Source: Psammoneis japonica
Taxonomy: Eukaryota
Reading direction: 5' to 3'
Assembly: GCA_008632985.1 (NCBI GenBank)
Contig: QPGO01000095.1
Location: forward strand, 1-58,219
Length of the DNA stretch: 58,219 bases
Every line of letters starts with the position of its first letter. Positions within the stretch are counted from its first letter, which is position 1. The translations under genes and the position numbers were made by a program. The notes beneath the pieces were generated by a model that saw only the letters and a list, made by a program, of their open reading frames with translations, was not told where the DNA came from and did no database searches. Below, in pieces: positions 12,295 to 25,139 of this stretch.

Positions 12295-13228
12295 GTCTCT
12301 ACGACCTTGATTTTGTCGGCAACGATGCTGAAGTTTCGTGGTGAGTAGTGGGTAATGAGGAGGCCTTCTGATGACAAACCGTTTTCTTGACTATCCGACA
12401 CGGACAACACCAACGGACTCGATCCGATGTCGTAGTTACTTGCGCTGCAACACGCTTGACGAATGAACGCAACAAGAAAAGTGACGAGAAACTCAGCCAC
12501 TCCTGCCTCATTTTCAAAGTGATTTTGTTGCAATTCATAGCCCGGAGTCGTAACAGGCAGCCAAAGTCGGACTTTTGACACCTCTTTTGAAAGAATTGGT
12601 GCATTCTCAATTTTTCCATTTGGCGGAGTCTCCTTGTCGCGCCCCTTTCATTGCGTTGCGCAAAATCTGAAGAGCGCAACTCCGCCCTTTTTTTGGATTT
12701 TATGTGGGCGATAAGTTTTAGGGACATAGCGGACATTGTCTGCGACAATATCGAACTGAGAAAGTCATGGCGTTAAATGAAAATGACATTTTTGTTCGAA
12801 GGCGACATAAATTCAACACATTCATCTACACACTTACCATCCTGCATTATTTCATCGCCTTCCGCTAACATAAGCATCATCAAGAATGCGCCAAATCGCT
12901 CGTTCAAGAGTGATTGCGTGCCATTAATGAGACCGGGTGTGGTATCTTGCTTTCGTCGTTGTCGTTGGTGGCGTGAGCTTCGCAATTCACAATGCGCGTT
13001 GATTGGGCTTGCGCGCGCGACGGAATCGCAGGGCTGACGTGGTTGTGCAATCGCTATATTCATTGCTGAAGATGGGGTTTCTTGGGATGAATCATCACAT
13101 CTTTTTGGCGGGAAGACGAACCATGCCATGAGAACACAATGCAGAGAAACCACCGGTAAGAGGAAATGCATCTGTGCGATAGAGAGATAACTTCATAGTC
13201 ATTGCAATAGACAGGAAGAATAGGAACA

Positions 13229-14820
13229 ATGACAAAGTCGAGGGTTCTCGCGATCCCAATCTTGCTTTTCATCAACAATCCGGCGAATGCACTTGTTCCC
13301 ACGCATCCTTGTTCCCAGCAAAAGCATCACCCATTTCTTGCTTTGGCATCCACAGCAACGTTGGAGCAAGAAACAATCCAAGAAGAGTCTTTGCAAACTC
13401 CTGCTGAAAAGGAAGACTTAAAATTTGAGTGCGACGAAACGGTTCAATTCTGGAGAGACTTTCAACGAAATGGACTCGAATCGGCAGATTCCAACCTTCG
13501 AGAAATTGCGAGAATCTCCCGAGACTTTGCACAGTCAGGTCCAGACGGCGTGGGTTATTGGTTGGTGAGTGCGCATGGGATATTCTGTTTGCAACAGTGT
13601 GATGTATTGCTTGCGTTACAAAGAATTTGCTTTCTTACATGCTTTTCTGGGCTATGCGCATGCTTTCCTCTGTAAATCGCATGACTTGAACTACTTTGTG
13701 CAGCGCCACATGGGTCGTTCGGGATACTTTTTCGTAAATGCTGCACTCGGGGTTTTGGGATCTCGTCTTGTACAAAGCTTGGAGGGAGGTGCATCAATCA
13801 AGGGCCCAGTTCGAAACTTGGATACTGCTATTGTGTCTCGTTTGGTATTGGAATCTGCGCTTTGTTTTCAACAAGATTACAAGAGGATCCAAGAGGGACT
13901 GTATCCCAAACCCTGGGACATGTATTACAATAGACGACAGGCAAGTCCTATCTACGCAGCTACACAGACGGGTCGATTTCTGAGAGAAGCTATTGATACG
14001 CTACAACGACGAACTCGTGGCACCAGCGAGGACAAGCGAATCAACCTTTCCAATGACGAAATGTCATCCTTTGCCTACCCTGACTATTATCAGACTGCTT
14101 TTCACTATCAGACCAACGGATGGATGTCAGAAGAGTCTGCCAATGTCTATGAGACATCAACCGAAACCCTGTTTGTTGGTCGACAAGATGCCATGCAGCG
14201 GATTGTGCTGCCAGAGCTGGTCAAATTCTCACGGGAACGAAAAAAGACACTCGATAGACCCATCAGGATTCTGGAAATTGCCTGTGGCACTGGACGCTTC
14301 ATGACGTTTTGTCGCGATTCTCTTGCGCTGGATACCAAATACACCGCAATCGACCTGTCGCCTTACTATTTGGATGTGGCTCGAGACAATGACGCCAACT
14401 GGAGAACGAGTCGACAACGAATCGAAAGACAACGCGGCAACAGTAGAGTGGAAATTCCACAAGCTGAACTTGTTCAAGCCAAAGCCGAGGATCTCCCGTT
14501 CCAAGAGGGCGAATTTGATGCAGTGTGTGTGTCTATTTGTTTCACGAGTTGCCACGATCTGTGCGAGCTAAAGTCGCAGCTGAAGCGGCGCGTGTCACAC
14601 AACCTGGTGGGTTGGTTGTCTTTTGCGATTCTGTGCAATCGGAGATCGTCCCATTCTGAATGACAAAATTGGAAACTTTAAAGAGATGAACGAGCCACAC
14701 TATGAAGACTACATTTCGGATGACATCTTTTCTCACTTTGAACGAGCTGGACTTCTTTGTGGAAAGAAGATTGTTGCTTCCACCACCAAGGCGTTAACTT
14801 TTACAAAGCCAACTGTATAA
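13229..14820 (+). CDS. Class I SAM-dependent methyltransferase, probably plastid-targeted (copy 1; intron 13565-13703; frameshift near 14525)
   Basis: Motif I ILEIACGTGRF, AIDLSPYYL, AKAEDLPF, upstream FHYQTNGW. Signal peptide ending ANA-LVP. GTGAGT...CAG intron keeps the frame. Confidence 0.88.
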
Positions 14821-15265
14821 ACGCTTTCTTTGGTAACAAAATGACCGGGAGTTTCTGCTTATTTGTATGCCTAAGAGCTCAACGAGACGTTCGGAGCTGG
14901 AAATGCGATTTGTCACACTTGGAAGTGACAGGCTTGAGAAGTAGATGATACACGAGCCTCGGAGTAGCTCGAGATTGTAATTAGTATTTGGCAGAGGTCA
15001 TGTCTACTGCAAAACTCAATGGTTCAAATTCAAAAGCTCTGCTGCACATAGTACAAAGGGTAATACGGTAGCGCTCAAACATAGCTGTGATATTCCATTG
15101 CCGTTCCTGACCATTCTTTTTTTCTTTATTCCATGCTAATTACCAGGAGTCTCTAATATCATTGGCTTCGATTGTGAACGGTGATTCATACTGATCACTA
15201 GTGGGCTTAGTAGCGGGTGTGCAGGGATATGGAATAGGCACATCATGTGAGCGGGGCAAGGCGCT

Positions 15266-15830
15266 TCACACAGAACGTTTGGCCAGCGGGTGGGGATCCC
15301 ACCATCTCCCCTTGAATCGTGAAGGAAAAGGATCCGGGAAACTCAAAAGATGGATATCTCCCTCCTTTCTGGGCGTTATGAGGCTCGTGAGCGTGGTACG
15401 CTCGTCCTCGGGAGCGCGAAGTAGACGAAAGAAAGTGTACTTTTCACCAGGGGGGAATCCGAACCATCGGGGTGTGAGATCCATATCTACATGGTGTGTT
15501 CTTCACCGGACAGCCATCAAACGCCATGAAAATGCCCGGGCCGCGCTGGAACGTGAACTTCGAAATCTTGGCATGTGCATCGCTTTGTGTTGGGTTCTTG
15601 AAAGCCAACAGAATATAGATCGTCTCGGAATTCGCTTTGTTATGCGTCTCTGGTCGCGATCTTGACCTGCTTTTTTCGTCCCTTTCTGGCGGATCCCATC
15701 CGATGGTCATCCATGGACCTCCTTGGAGAGCTGCCTGTGTCTCTAGTAGATTGCTTGCCGTCATCACCAGTACTGGAACGCTTGCCTGTTTTGATTGAAT
15801 GCAATGCCGCACTAAAGAAGCATTCGTCAA
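15266..15830 (-). CDS. Hypothetical protein (possibly frameshifted)
   Basis: Two overlapping ORFs (15444-15830 and 15266-15484) with protein-like composition in normal-composition DNA; no motif recognised. Confidence 0.3.
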
Positions 15831-15919
15831 TACCGTTGTGTGGTGCGTCGTGAAATTGTTGACGTACTCATCCGAGCTAGTTTCTCATCTCTCCTACTAG
15901 AGATAGAATAGAGAGAAAC

Positions 15920-16944
15920 TCACATTGTGAAGATGCCTTTTCCAGTATTCAAAATATCAATCCTTCTATTTATTCTTTTCAGAATGCGTTTGAATCGTCC
16001 CTGATGCAAAGGTTTTCGTTTGAGTATCAGCCGGGCACAAATTATAACCGTGGCCATTGTCATGAATGCCGCAGTGGATGCCACCACTGCGCCTCGCGGC
16101 ACGGACATTCATCAGTCTCATCAGTAGAAGAAACATCAAAAACTCGAGAATTCGGCACGACGGAATTGCACCAAGCACCCATCACGACATCTGCAAAATG
16201 ATGAGCTTGCCAATACAAACGACCAAAGGCACTAGACATGACGATTGCTGCCGCCACGGGTTGGGCTACCACGTTGCATCTCCACAATGGATAGGCAAAT
16301 GCCACCGACGTGCCACGTCTCCCGACGGGAAGCTGTGGAGAGCATCGTGATACAAATGCTGACTAATTTGTCCAGATGCTTGGGAAAGTCCTTGTTGTAC
16401 GTGACGATTGGCCGTCGTCGTCGACACGTGGGTTTCAGAACGCAACCGGATGACACGGCACTCCACGCGGCCGATTGAAAGTATCCCAAGCTTGGATCTG
16501 GACAACCGCCGCTTGCGAGTAACAAGACACCAAGAAAAGGTGAAACCATTCCAGCCTTGCTCCCAAAAAAGAAAGCAAGTGCTCCCTTTTTCCCTGAAGA
16601 ATTCTGGCCCAAATCATCAAAACTACCCCAAACGCGACAATTACCGCGAGACACCACCACCATTTCGGCCTCGTTGTTGTATCCATCCACGCAATTAAGC
16701 TAGGAGCCACTGCGGTGGAAAAGGTAGGCGTTCCAAAGAAATTACCAGGAACACTCAGCAGACATTCCATCCAAAAGGGAAGCAACAGTTTCAAGACTGG
16801 TTCCGACAGCTTCTTGTCGATTCGATCCAACCGACTCAACACGTCATTTCTTCCTACACGAATTGATTTCTTCTCTTCCAAAAAGTCATGTTTAAGTGGT
16901 GGTGGCGTCTCGAGCGACTGTGGAATCTCATGTTGTTCTTGCAT
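15920..16944 (-). CDS. PAP2 (type 2 phosphatidic acid phosphatase) family membrane protein (frameshifted)
   Basis: Motif 1 LKPTCRRRRP, motif 2 HSFPSGD, motif 3 GRLYWQAHHFADVVMG, with transmembrane segments. ATG at 16944. Confidence 0.8.
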
Positions 16945-18542
16945 GTTGTAATGTCCGATGTTGTTCTTGCATGTTGTGCTGTCTGTTTTGCTACGACGTT
17001 TGCTTGTTGCTTGCGTCAGCACTGGGTGTTTTCGGTGCTCTTACTGAACAATTGAGAGCTCTACTATTTCCCCCGATTTCGCAATTCTCTTCGGCTATAT
17101 CCAAAGCATGAATAAGATAGAGGCGCTACAGGTGCAAAAAGGATGAAAAAGGAAGAAGAGGCGGCAGGAAAATTGAAAGAGAGGCCCGTCACGCCGTCAT
17201 GGTGCTTCGCGGCTTGGGATGTCGGCATGTCGCGCGCTGTTGAGTAAAATTGTTATCATGTATGGCCTCGTGCACTGTTCGAGGCCGGGGCGTGAGGCGG
17301 GCAGGCGAGCGCGATCGCGATGCGAGCATCAGCACGCGATGCGATCGTCACACACAAAAAGCCAACGCGGCAGTCAGAAGCCATTGCAACACAAACATGG
17401 CCAATGCAATCATGCACCTTTCTATTTTGACACATCAAAGTGGCAGCTCCATCAGAACAACATGCTGTCACTGGGAGAGACAGCCAGATTGCAGCAGGAC
17501 TTTTTTAGTTCATCTCCACTGCCGACAAATGGAGACGCTCTTGATTGGCGCGCAAAACCCACCCAGCCAAAAATGAGGCCAGCACAAAAAATTTAAAAAC
17601 ATCATGTCACACAACAATGTGTGAGCAGACCATCTTTCATAACTTTGAGCAATTGGAGCCTGTCTTTGTGTGAAGCTGTGTGAGGAGCCCAGAGGATCTC
17701 CTCTCTGGCAGCTCTCTCTCTGCGAGGCACTGCAAGCCAAACTTGCTCACCCCTGCCCACATTGGAAGAACCAAGATTGCCATGTCCAATGCCAAAGTCA
17801 ACTCAAACACCACAAGCAAGACACAGAGGGGCTCCATCCAAAACCTTGGGACACATGTTGTAACACCACTTGGTGAGTCCCTGTTGTGTGTGTTGCCACT
17901 GAGATCAGAGCCAATTTGTCAATGAGGAAGCCACCTTGTGATGCTGCCCATCTGTGATGAGTCCATGCAGTGGTGAAGATGATCTGATTCATCTTTCAAG
18001 CATCATCAAAAACCACCCTTTTTTGTCAAAACAATTGGTGTTGGGGATCACTCCTCCAATGCTTGCAAAGCATGTCAGCTTTTAATGCCCCCCACTCATC
18101 AGAGCGCGAAATGTGGTGATCCTGACCACCCTTCTCATGGGCAATTTTTAACACTGTCACAGGCACAAATGCAATGCTTTCCTTTTGAGAGAGTTGTGTA
18201 GAACGTGATTTTTTGTCATGTGTCATGGCATGCCTTTTTTCACCATGGGACCCCTCCTTTGCCCATGGGACCCCTCCCTTGGCCATCAGATTTCCGTCAC
18301 TTTTTACCTTTTGAAAGCGATGTTCAAAACGTTTTGTTCAATGCTAAATTGATGCTGATCATTGCGATGCATTGGTTTTAAGAAACCTTCCATTTTGTGC
18401 ACTGGTTGTCAAATGAAAGGTCAGATCACAAAACAATGATCCTTAAAATGCTCCATTGAACCTTGTGACTGTTTGCATTGAAACCCACTGCATTGCTCAT
18501 TCTCTTTCCATTCTCACACTAACAAAAGCCTCCGGCACCTTT

Positions 18543-19777
18543 TCACACCGCAGCTCGCTCAACATCTGCATCTACACTTGCATTGCTTCCCGCATCACTT
18601 TCCTCCTCCTCTTCCTCGCTCTCCTCATCTCCTCTGTTCTCGTCCGTTGCCTCTTCCTCCTTCTCCTCATCGTCACTTGAAAGCTCTGTCGTTGCCTGTG
18701 TTCTTGCCTCCTCCACCGGCTTTTTCTTTCTTTTTGATCCCTTGCCTCTTTCGTCACTCTTCCTTTTTCTTGCCTTCGCTGTGCCATGTGTTGAACTGCA
18801 TGCCCTCCTCACTCAACCTGTCTTTCTTTACTTCCGCAAGCAGTTCGTTGAATCGCAATGTCCCTGCATCCTTCCACGAGTCTCGTTGCCTTGACGGGTC
18901 CACGCACTTGGGTGTTGGTTCCAACTCTTCCTCATCCTCTTCGTCCAAGCCTCCCCCCGCTCCAACAGTCTTGTCATGACGTGCCTTGTGCTCCCCAACA
19001 CTCCCAGCAGTTTTCCAATGTCAACAGCGCTAGAGCCTCATCGCTCGCTGCAGCCAGACCGGTTGCCTTCGTCTCACCCGACTCAACCTTCCTTCTCCAT
19101 GTCGTGGTGCTCTTCGTGAATTTCAGGATGTTTTTGTAGAGCCAAGCACATGCTTCCTTGTTTTTGCGCTTGTCCTCCACAATCGTTGTCACTGTCTCCT
19201 CCTCCCAAGTTGCCATGAACGGCTCTTCCTCTTCCGCATGATCATTCTTCTTCCTCTTCTTGCCCTCCCTCCCTCCTCCTCTGCCTCTTGATGCCGGCTT
19301 CTTCTGACTGCGCATCTCCTTGGCTTCACTCTCTGTCAACACGACTTCAGCAAATTAAGGTGCAGCAGCGTCAAGTGCAAATGCACTCAACATGCCATGC
19401 ACCACAAAACACTTGCCAGCCGTTGCATTGTTCTTGATCGCCTGAGTGACCGTGCTCCTTTTTGCGTTAATTGCATGCATGACGCACTTCTTTGCCCAGT
19501 CCTCCCACGCTCCCACCCAGTCTCGCTTGCCACAATTGCCACCGGCCATCTTTTTCCTGATGAGCCGTGACACTTTGCCACTGCTTGCCATGTCCGCCTT
19601 GACAAGGAACTTTGCCTTTGGGAAAAGTTCCTTCTGCGCCACCTCTTCCACCTCTCTCTTTGTGGACTGGTGATCCCCAGTGGCTCCCACCTGCACCAAC
19701 GCCGCTGCTGGCCTTGGGCTTGTTGGTTGATCTTCTTTCTTCTTCTTCCTTGCCATTGCCTGTTCCGCTGTTGCCAA
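18543..19777 (-). pseudogene. Element-borne gene with SDEALALLTLEN.W..W and W...G..RFNEL...V..DR motifs; intron 19416-19333
   Basis: The motifs resemble an accessory ORF I recall from stramenopile DNA transposons (unverified). A phase-1 intron with GCAAGT donor and GACAG acceptor joins two ORFs in frame; the gene is disrupted near 18974. Confidence 0.5.
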
Positions 19778-22700
19778 TTGTGGGTGGCTCCATGCCTTGT
19801 GTCCCCAGTCATTCTTGCCGTTGGGAAATTTTCAAACCTCTGATGCCAAAAATCTTGTGCTTCCCACCAATGATTCCTTTTTCTCAAATGCAACACAATG
19901 GAGAATTGACCAAATCTTTTGATGTGCGCACAATTTGTCTAATTCACCACTCCTTGTCATCTTGTGAAAATTTTGAATCCCTGCGAATTCTAGTTCAAAC
20001 CTCTCTCTTTTGCTGCAATGTCAAAATCCACTTCCATGGCACAAACAGCTTGCACAAGCAATTTGCTCAAAACATCATTGTGAAACGTGCACCTGTAAAA
20101 GTCATTTTCACCACAATGAACAAACCCCTCATCTGCTTTAACGACATTCTGGTTTGCTGTTGGTGCCTGAGCACATCCATCCTTTTTGGCGCCAAATCAT
20201 TTTGTCTGGTCCAGTTCGTCATCTCCCTCTAACCTTGCAACTCTCCACCTGATGTGTCACCCGTCGTTGGAACAGTCAGTCATTTTGGTGAAAGCTCTCG
20301 TCTCCGCTCCGACCATTCTCACGAATTCGTTCACTTCAACGCGACGACGTCTCTCCACCCAACGCTTTTCCTCTCTCCTTGTGTGAAAGTTCTCCCGCTC
20401 ACCATCCTCCTTCCTGACAATGTCCAGCATCCATTCATTGACCATCCATGCAGACAACCTGAAGAACTCCATTTGCTCACAGAACCAAAGTCTTTCATGG
20501 TTGTCTCGCACGATGTCATGCTGGAACCACTTCGCCAGTTTTAATGCATCGCACACAATGCCCTTCTTGTCCATTGCCAGTCCGCAAGTGCCTCCCCTCA
20601 CTGATGTTTCTCCCAACGGTCCGCAAGTGCCAGTCTCGTCCATGCCACAGGTCGGCAAGCTGACGCTCGAATGGCGTCTCAATCTCAAAACGTCTCCCCT
20701 GTCAATGACTGGTTTTGTGTCATCACACGCACCCGCTGCAAATTGATCCCTCAGCTCTTTCTCTCCTTCGTTGTGCCAAGCACTGTAGATGCAGCACATC
20801 CTTCCTTGCCTGTCTTGGTGAGTCGCAACGCAGTCCCAACAATCCGGGTGCTGGTGAGCATCAATCCCATGGTTGACGACGCCATTCAACCAGTCCAGGT
20901 TGTCGTGAATTGAGAACATGCCTGTGCTGGCGTGCATGCACTCAATTGCTTCTGTGCTCCAATCACTCACATGTTCGTGCACCCAAACCATGTGGTTGCA
21001 CCTCTGCTTCCACAGTTCCCGCCACTTTTCTTGGATGTCCTCCTCATTCATCATGCAACACAGGTCCATCGCGTCACGGCGCAGGTGCGGGTTAACCGCA
21101 TGTGTGCTGCTCTCAAACTTGATCACAGCTGTGCCCGTTTCATCAGAATGCACCATCCCACCTTGTGGCAAAGATTGCATCAAACGATCCAATTCATCAA
21201 AAGCCGCCTCATGCTCCGATTCCATGATTGGTTGCCTTCCCTCTTTCGTCATGTTTGTCAAAGTTTCAAATCTCCTCCAGCAGTCATTTGGCCAATGCGC
21301 CGTCAAGCGGTCATTTTGTACAACAGCATTCATTGTTGATTGCAACGTTTGTGTCTGTTGCTGCAGTGGGTGTGGGAGCACCCCTCCTGGACTTCTTGCC
21401 CTAAAGCATCACGGCACATCACATCACAACTTACTTTCTCCTTTCCGTAGAAAAACAACCTTTGTAGAACCAACATGAGACGAATCTCACTGAAATCTGC
21501 TCCCCGGTCTGCCCAAGCATCACACGCCACCTTGCGCCATTGTTCCATTAAGTTGGGACAGAACTCGTGGGTGCCGACATTGTCGTTTATCCAGAGAAGC
21601 ACAGCACAGATTTCTTCCACCATTTTGTCAATGAGGTCATTCGCGGTGCCTGCAGACGCAGGGTCTAGAAACACATCGGAAAATTTCTCGTGCGTCAAAT
21701 TGGTGGGGCTGATCCTTCCCACCTGTGGGTCTCCGAACAGCACGCCAAATGTGTTCATCAAATGATCGGCAAAATTCACAAATGGGTCAACACCTTCGCA
21801 ACAAAGGTTGGGAAGATGCACGTCCCCCACACAGTAAAAATGGTGGCATCCGGTGGGATGACCCGCATGGATCGCCAAACGGATGACTCGTTTTGGGTCG
21901 GGCCCAGATCGGCACACAATGTTTTTGAAACGGTGGAGCACTGTGACTGGGGCAGACAAGTGGAAGTCCCTGACTGGGAATGTCGGGAACTTGAGCCGGT
22001 CCATGTGCACCTCAACGCAGGAAGAATCGCCGCCTCCACCAATTGGAACATTGTCCCATGGCCTGTTGTCGTCAAGGGAAAGATGCTTGAACGCACTGCT
22101 GGAATGCGACACATCGGGGTGGGTGGGACCATCGTGTTGCAAGTCCAAGTCTTTAAGTGCAAAATCAAGCTGAGCTTGATTGTGGTGCATGTGAGTGAGC
22201 ACAGGCTTTATGTCGCACTGGTCGTTGCAGCATTCAAAAATGGTGGCTCTGCTGTTGGTGACAACCTTGAAGGACCAGATGTCACCAAAGGCATCCACAA
22301 TGAAAAAACAACCTGCGGCTGTCTTCCTGCAGCGACGCCAGATGCAGTTTTTTTTGTCATGGTGACCATCACAGTCTTGACCCCGGGAAATGCACAATCC
22401 CTGCATGGCAACGTCCTCGCGTTTAAAGAAAAGACAGCCCATCTCCTCGCCCAACTTTTTTTGAGTGCTCCTCATGCCAAAGCGACCAGTCAAATGGTGG
22501 GGGATTGCTCAGTTTCCGCAGCTCTACCTCATTTTCGCAAAGCTGAATCGAGTCGAGGATGTCGGCTGCCATCGCCTTGATTTTGGACGACTCGTTTGCG
22601 TCAAAGTCATCATCGGACTCAAAGACATCAAGTCCGCAAGTGGCCTTTGGTTCAGCCAGTTTGGCAGAACCAGGCGTCTTTGGGTGACATGCTCTCCCTG

Positions 22701-24631
22701 CACAACCGAACTTCATCCTGCGTCCTTCTACGTTTTGAACTGCAACCGGTCCGTCACGATTCAAATCGGACTCTCCCTTCAACAGAACAAACAGAAGAAG
22801 GGCAGGAATGCATGCACGAAGGCACCCGAAGTGCCCTTTGTACAGAGAGCTAGCCTGTCGGGCAACAGAGAGTTCCTCGGAGAAGTGATCAAGGTTGGGA
22901 GGGCACTCGGTTTGAACACAAGATGCGGCGGTGGAATCACATGGAGGTGCATTGTTTGAGAATGTGCGCCAGTTTTCCCGCAAGGACCAGTGTTGGTGGC
23001 TTTGTCAATGATGTGCAGGTGTGACAAATGAGAAGAAACTTCCTTGGTGGTGGTGGGCCGACACTTGGACGGGTCGAAGAGAGCACGGAGTGTGGACTGG
23101 TCCAGCCACGACATGTCGTTGGGGTCGCTGGGAGGAGACGCAACCACGGGAAGATTGGCTGAAACAGAAGGAGGAGAGGAATGAGGTTGGGATGAAGGAC
23201 CTTGGGAGGTGGAAGTGGGTTTTAGGTTTTCCACAATTTCTGAGAGTGACGGAAGGTCGGCAGTGAGAGTGCGGTGTGCCTCCCTGGATGACGGAACATT
23301 GCCAGAAAGCAAAGGAGGTGCTTGTTTGTTGCGAGATGGTGGCTTGGCCTTCTTGTTGGGAACGGTCAAGGAAGGCTCTGGTGGGTCGTGAACAATCATG
23401 GGGTGTGAGAAGAGACACTGAGACAACAGATGCCGGCAAAAAGGTGGAAGGCGCGAGGTGGGGGGGGGGTTGCTTGCCATCGTACAAACAGGTGCCATCT
23501 TTGTGGGTCCTCCTAATTTTGCGTTTGGTTTTGGAGTTGTAGATTCGTTTGTTGTCGTCTTCCATGCAGTCGGCCCTCTGATCACGCATTCTGCAATGGA
23601 GCATTGTGAGCTGCTTGCTGCACCCAGGTTGGATGCCAATTTGATCCTTGGGACAACCCTTCCCAAATTCGTGATTCAACATGGAATTGATTTTTTCTTC
23701 ATGAGCCTCACGGCGTGCAAGGGAATCGCCTTGCATCATCACTGTGTTCTTAATGTCACCGGATTGGTCAGCAAGGAAACCTTGATCTTGTCCACCTGGG
23801 CACCAGGATTGCCAGTGTCGCATGCAACCAGAAAGCTGTTGACAAAGAGGCGCCATTCCTTTTGGGTTTTGACATGACGGAAAATCTTCAAGAACCAACA
23901 GTCCATGTCCTTGGGCTTGCACTGAACGCAACACATGACGATGTCAGTGACAAAACAGGCACTGTGGCAGTCTTGGGCTCAATCGTTGATCAAACTTTGG
24001 AGACTTTTGCACTGTAAAAATCGGAAACAAGGCTTGCCGGATAAAGGATTGTTTGGGTCGTCTCCGGTGATGATCGCACAAACAAATTCCACCATCACCT
24101 GGATGTTGCGGTGGAGAAGCACACGGTTCTGCTGTTCTTTTTCTGTCTCTCCGGATGTTTTGGAGAAATGCAGAGCCTCCTTGAGATTTTTACACCGCAG
24201 GACACATTCACCTTTCACTCGGCGGGATTTCTCAATGGACCAACCACGAGTCATGATGCAGGACCAAATGTCGGGGTGGCCAAGAGTTTTCCTTGCAACA
24301 TCATTGGCGCGGATCACTTCGGCAACACAAGGAACATGGCGCAACTTCGGCTTGTGACAAAGGAAGGGAAGAGCAAGGAATTCTGGAGAGGGGGTCCAAT
24401 TCGTCGACTCCAAAAACTGCTTTTTGGAGGCACGCGTTGCAGTTGTGCTTTTGAGCTTGGGTTCGAATGATTCGAGTCCAAAACTGTTGGTGAAACATTC
24501 CATTTCATCAAAATTGCAGTCCTTGGAAATTTGGAAAGAAGGGTCGGGGTCGACCTCGTCGTGAGACAGGGTAAAGTCATTGGACGCCATGGCCAACAGT
24601 CAGATGCCGATTCACGTAGAATGCACAGGAA

Positions 24632-24688
24632 TCACAACAGTGCACCCTCTCATCAAATGCCATTTGAGGAGAGGGTGCACTGTTGTGA
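24632..24688. repeat. Near-perfect 28-bp inverted repeat (hairpin/cruciform)
   Basis: tcacaacagtgcaccctctc-a-tcaaatg c catttga-g-gagagggtgcactgttgtga: one mismatch, 1-nt spacer. Confidence 0.9.
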
Positions 24689-25139
24689 AATGGGTGGAGT
24701 GTTGCGCATGTAGAAAAGGTGCCAAAATGCAGGTGGGGAGCTGTTGGCTGGAAAACTGGTGGGTGCAGGTGGAAACAATGAGCCAAGCACTCGTGTGGCC
24801 AACTTGGGCGTAAAAGAAATTGCATGGTGACGTGGTGACGCAAGGCTGCGGTGGAGCCATTGAAAATCACCATCAAAGTTGACGTTTCCATGAATGTGTG
24901 AAAATTTAATCAACAGAAAATGCATTGTTCAACAACAAATGAGATGTTGACAGTGTTTGGCAAATTTAATTCAAAACAAAATGGCGACAATTACAGACAT
25001 AAAAAGGCAACACCAAATTCAAATTGACTGCAACATTTGAAATTGAATTTGACTGACAACACCATGCTTTTGTCAAATTAAATGTTCCAAAATTTCCAAA
25101 GGAAAGTGAACAACACCACATTGCGGCCTCTGATGCTCG

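Larger units (their letters stand above)
17400..25100 (-). mobile_element. Large multi-ORF transposon-like element(s), TpA-depleted, ORFs all on the minus strand
   Basis: About 7.7 kb with almost no TA. Co-oriented long ORFs (19355-19777 plus 18974-19342 plus 18543-18948; 20257-21381; 21330-22983; 23005-23936; 23979-24596) are Tyr-poor and Cys/His/Met-rich. No transposase catalytic motif recognised. Confidence 0.65.

Noticed and set aside
17400..25100. Fungal-type RIP or simple CpG methylation decay as the explanation
   Set aside because: RIP raises TpA, and here CpG is largely retained while TpA is lost.
17400..25100. Alternative genetic code or foreign contaminant contig
   Set aside because: The bias also affects non-coding repeats and a pseudogene of a local host gene, and it grades into normal sequence.
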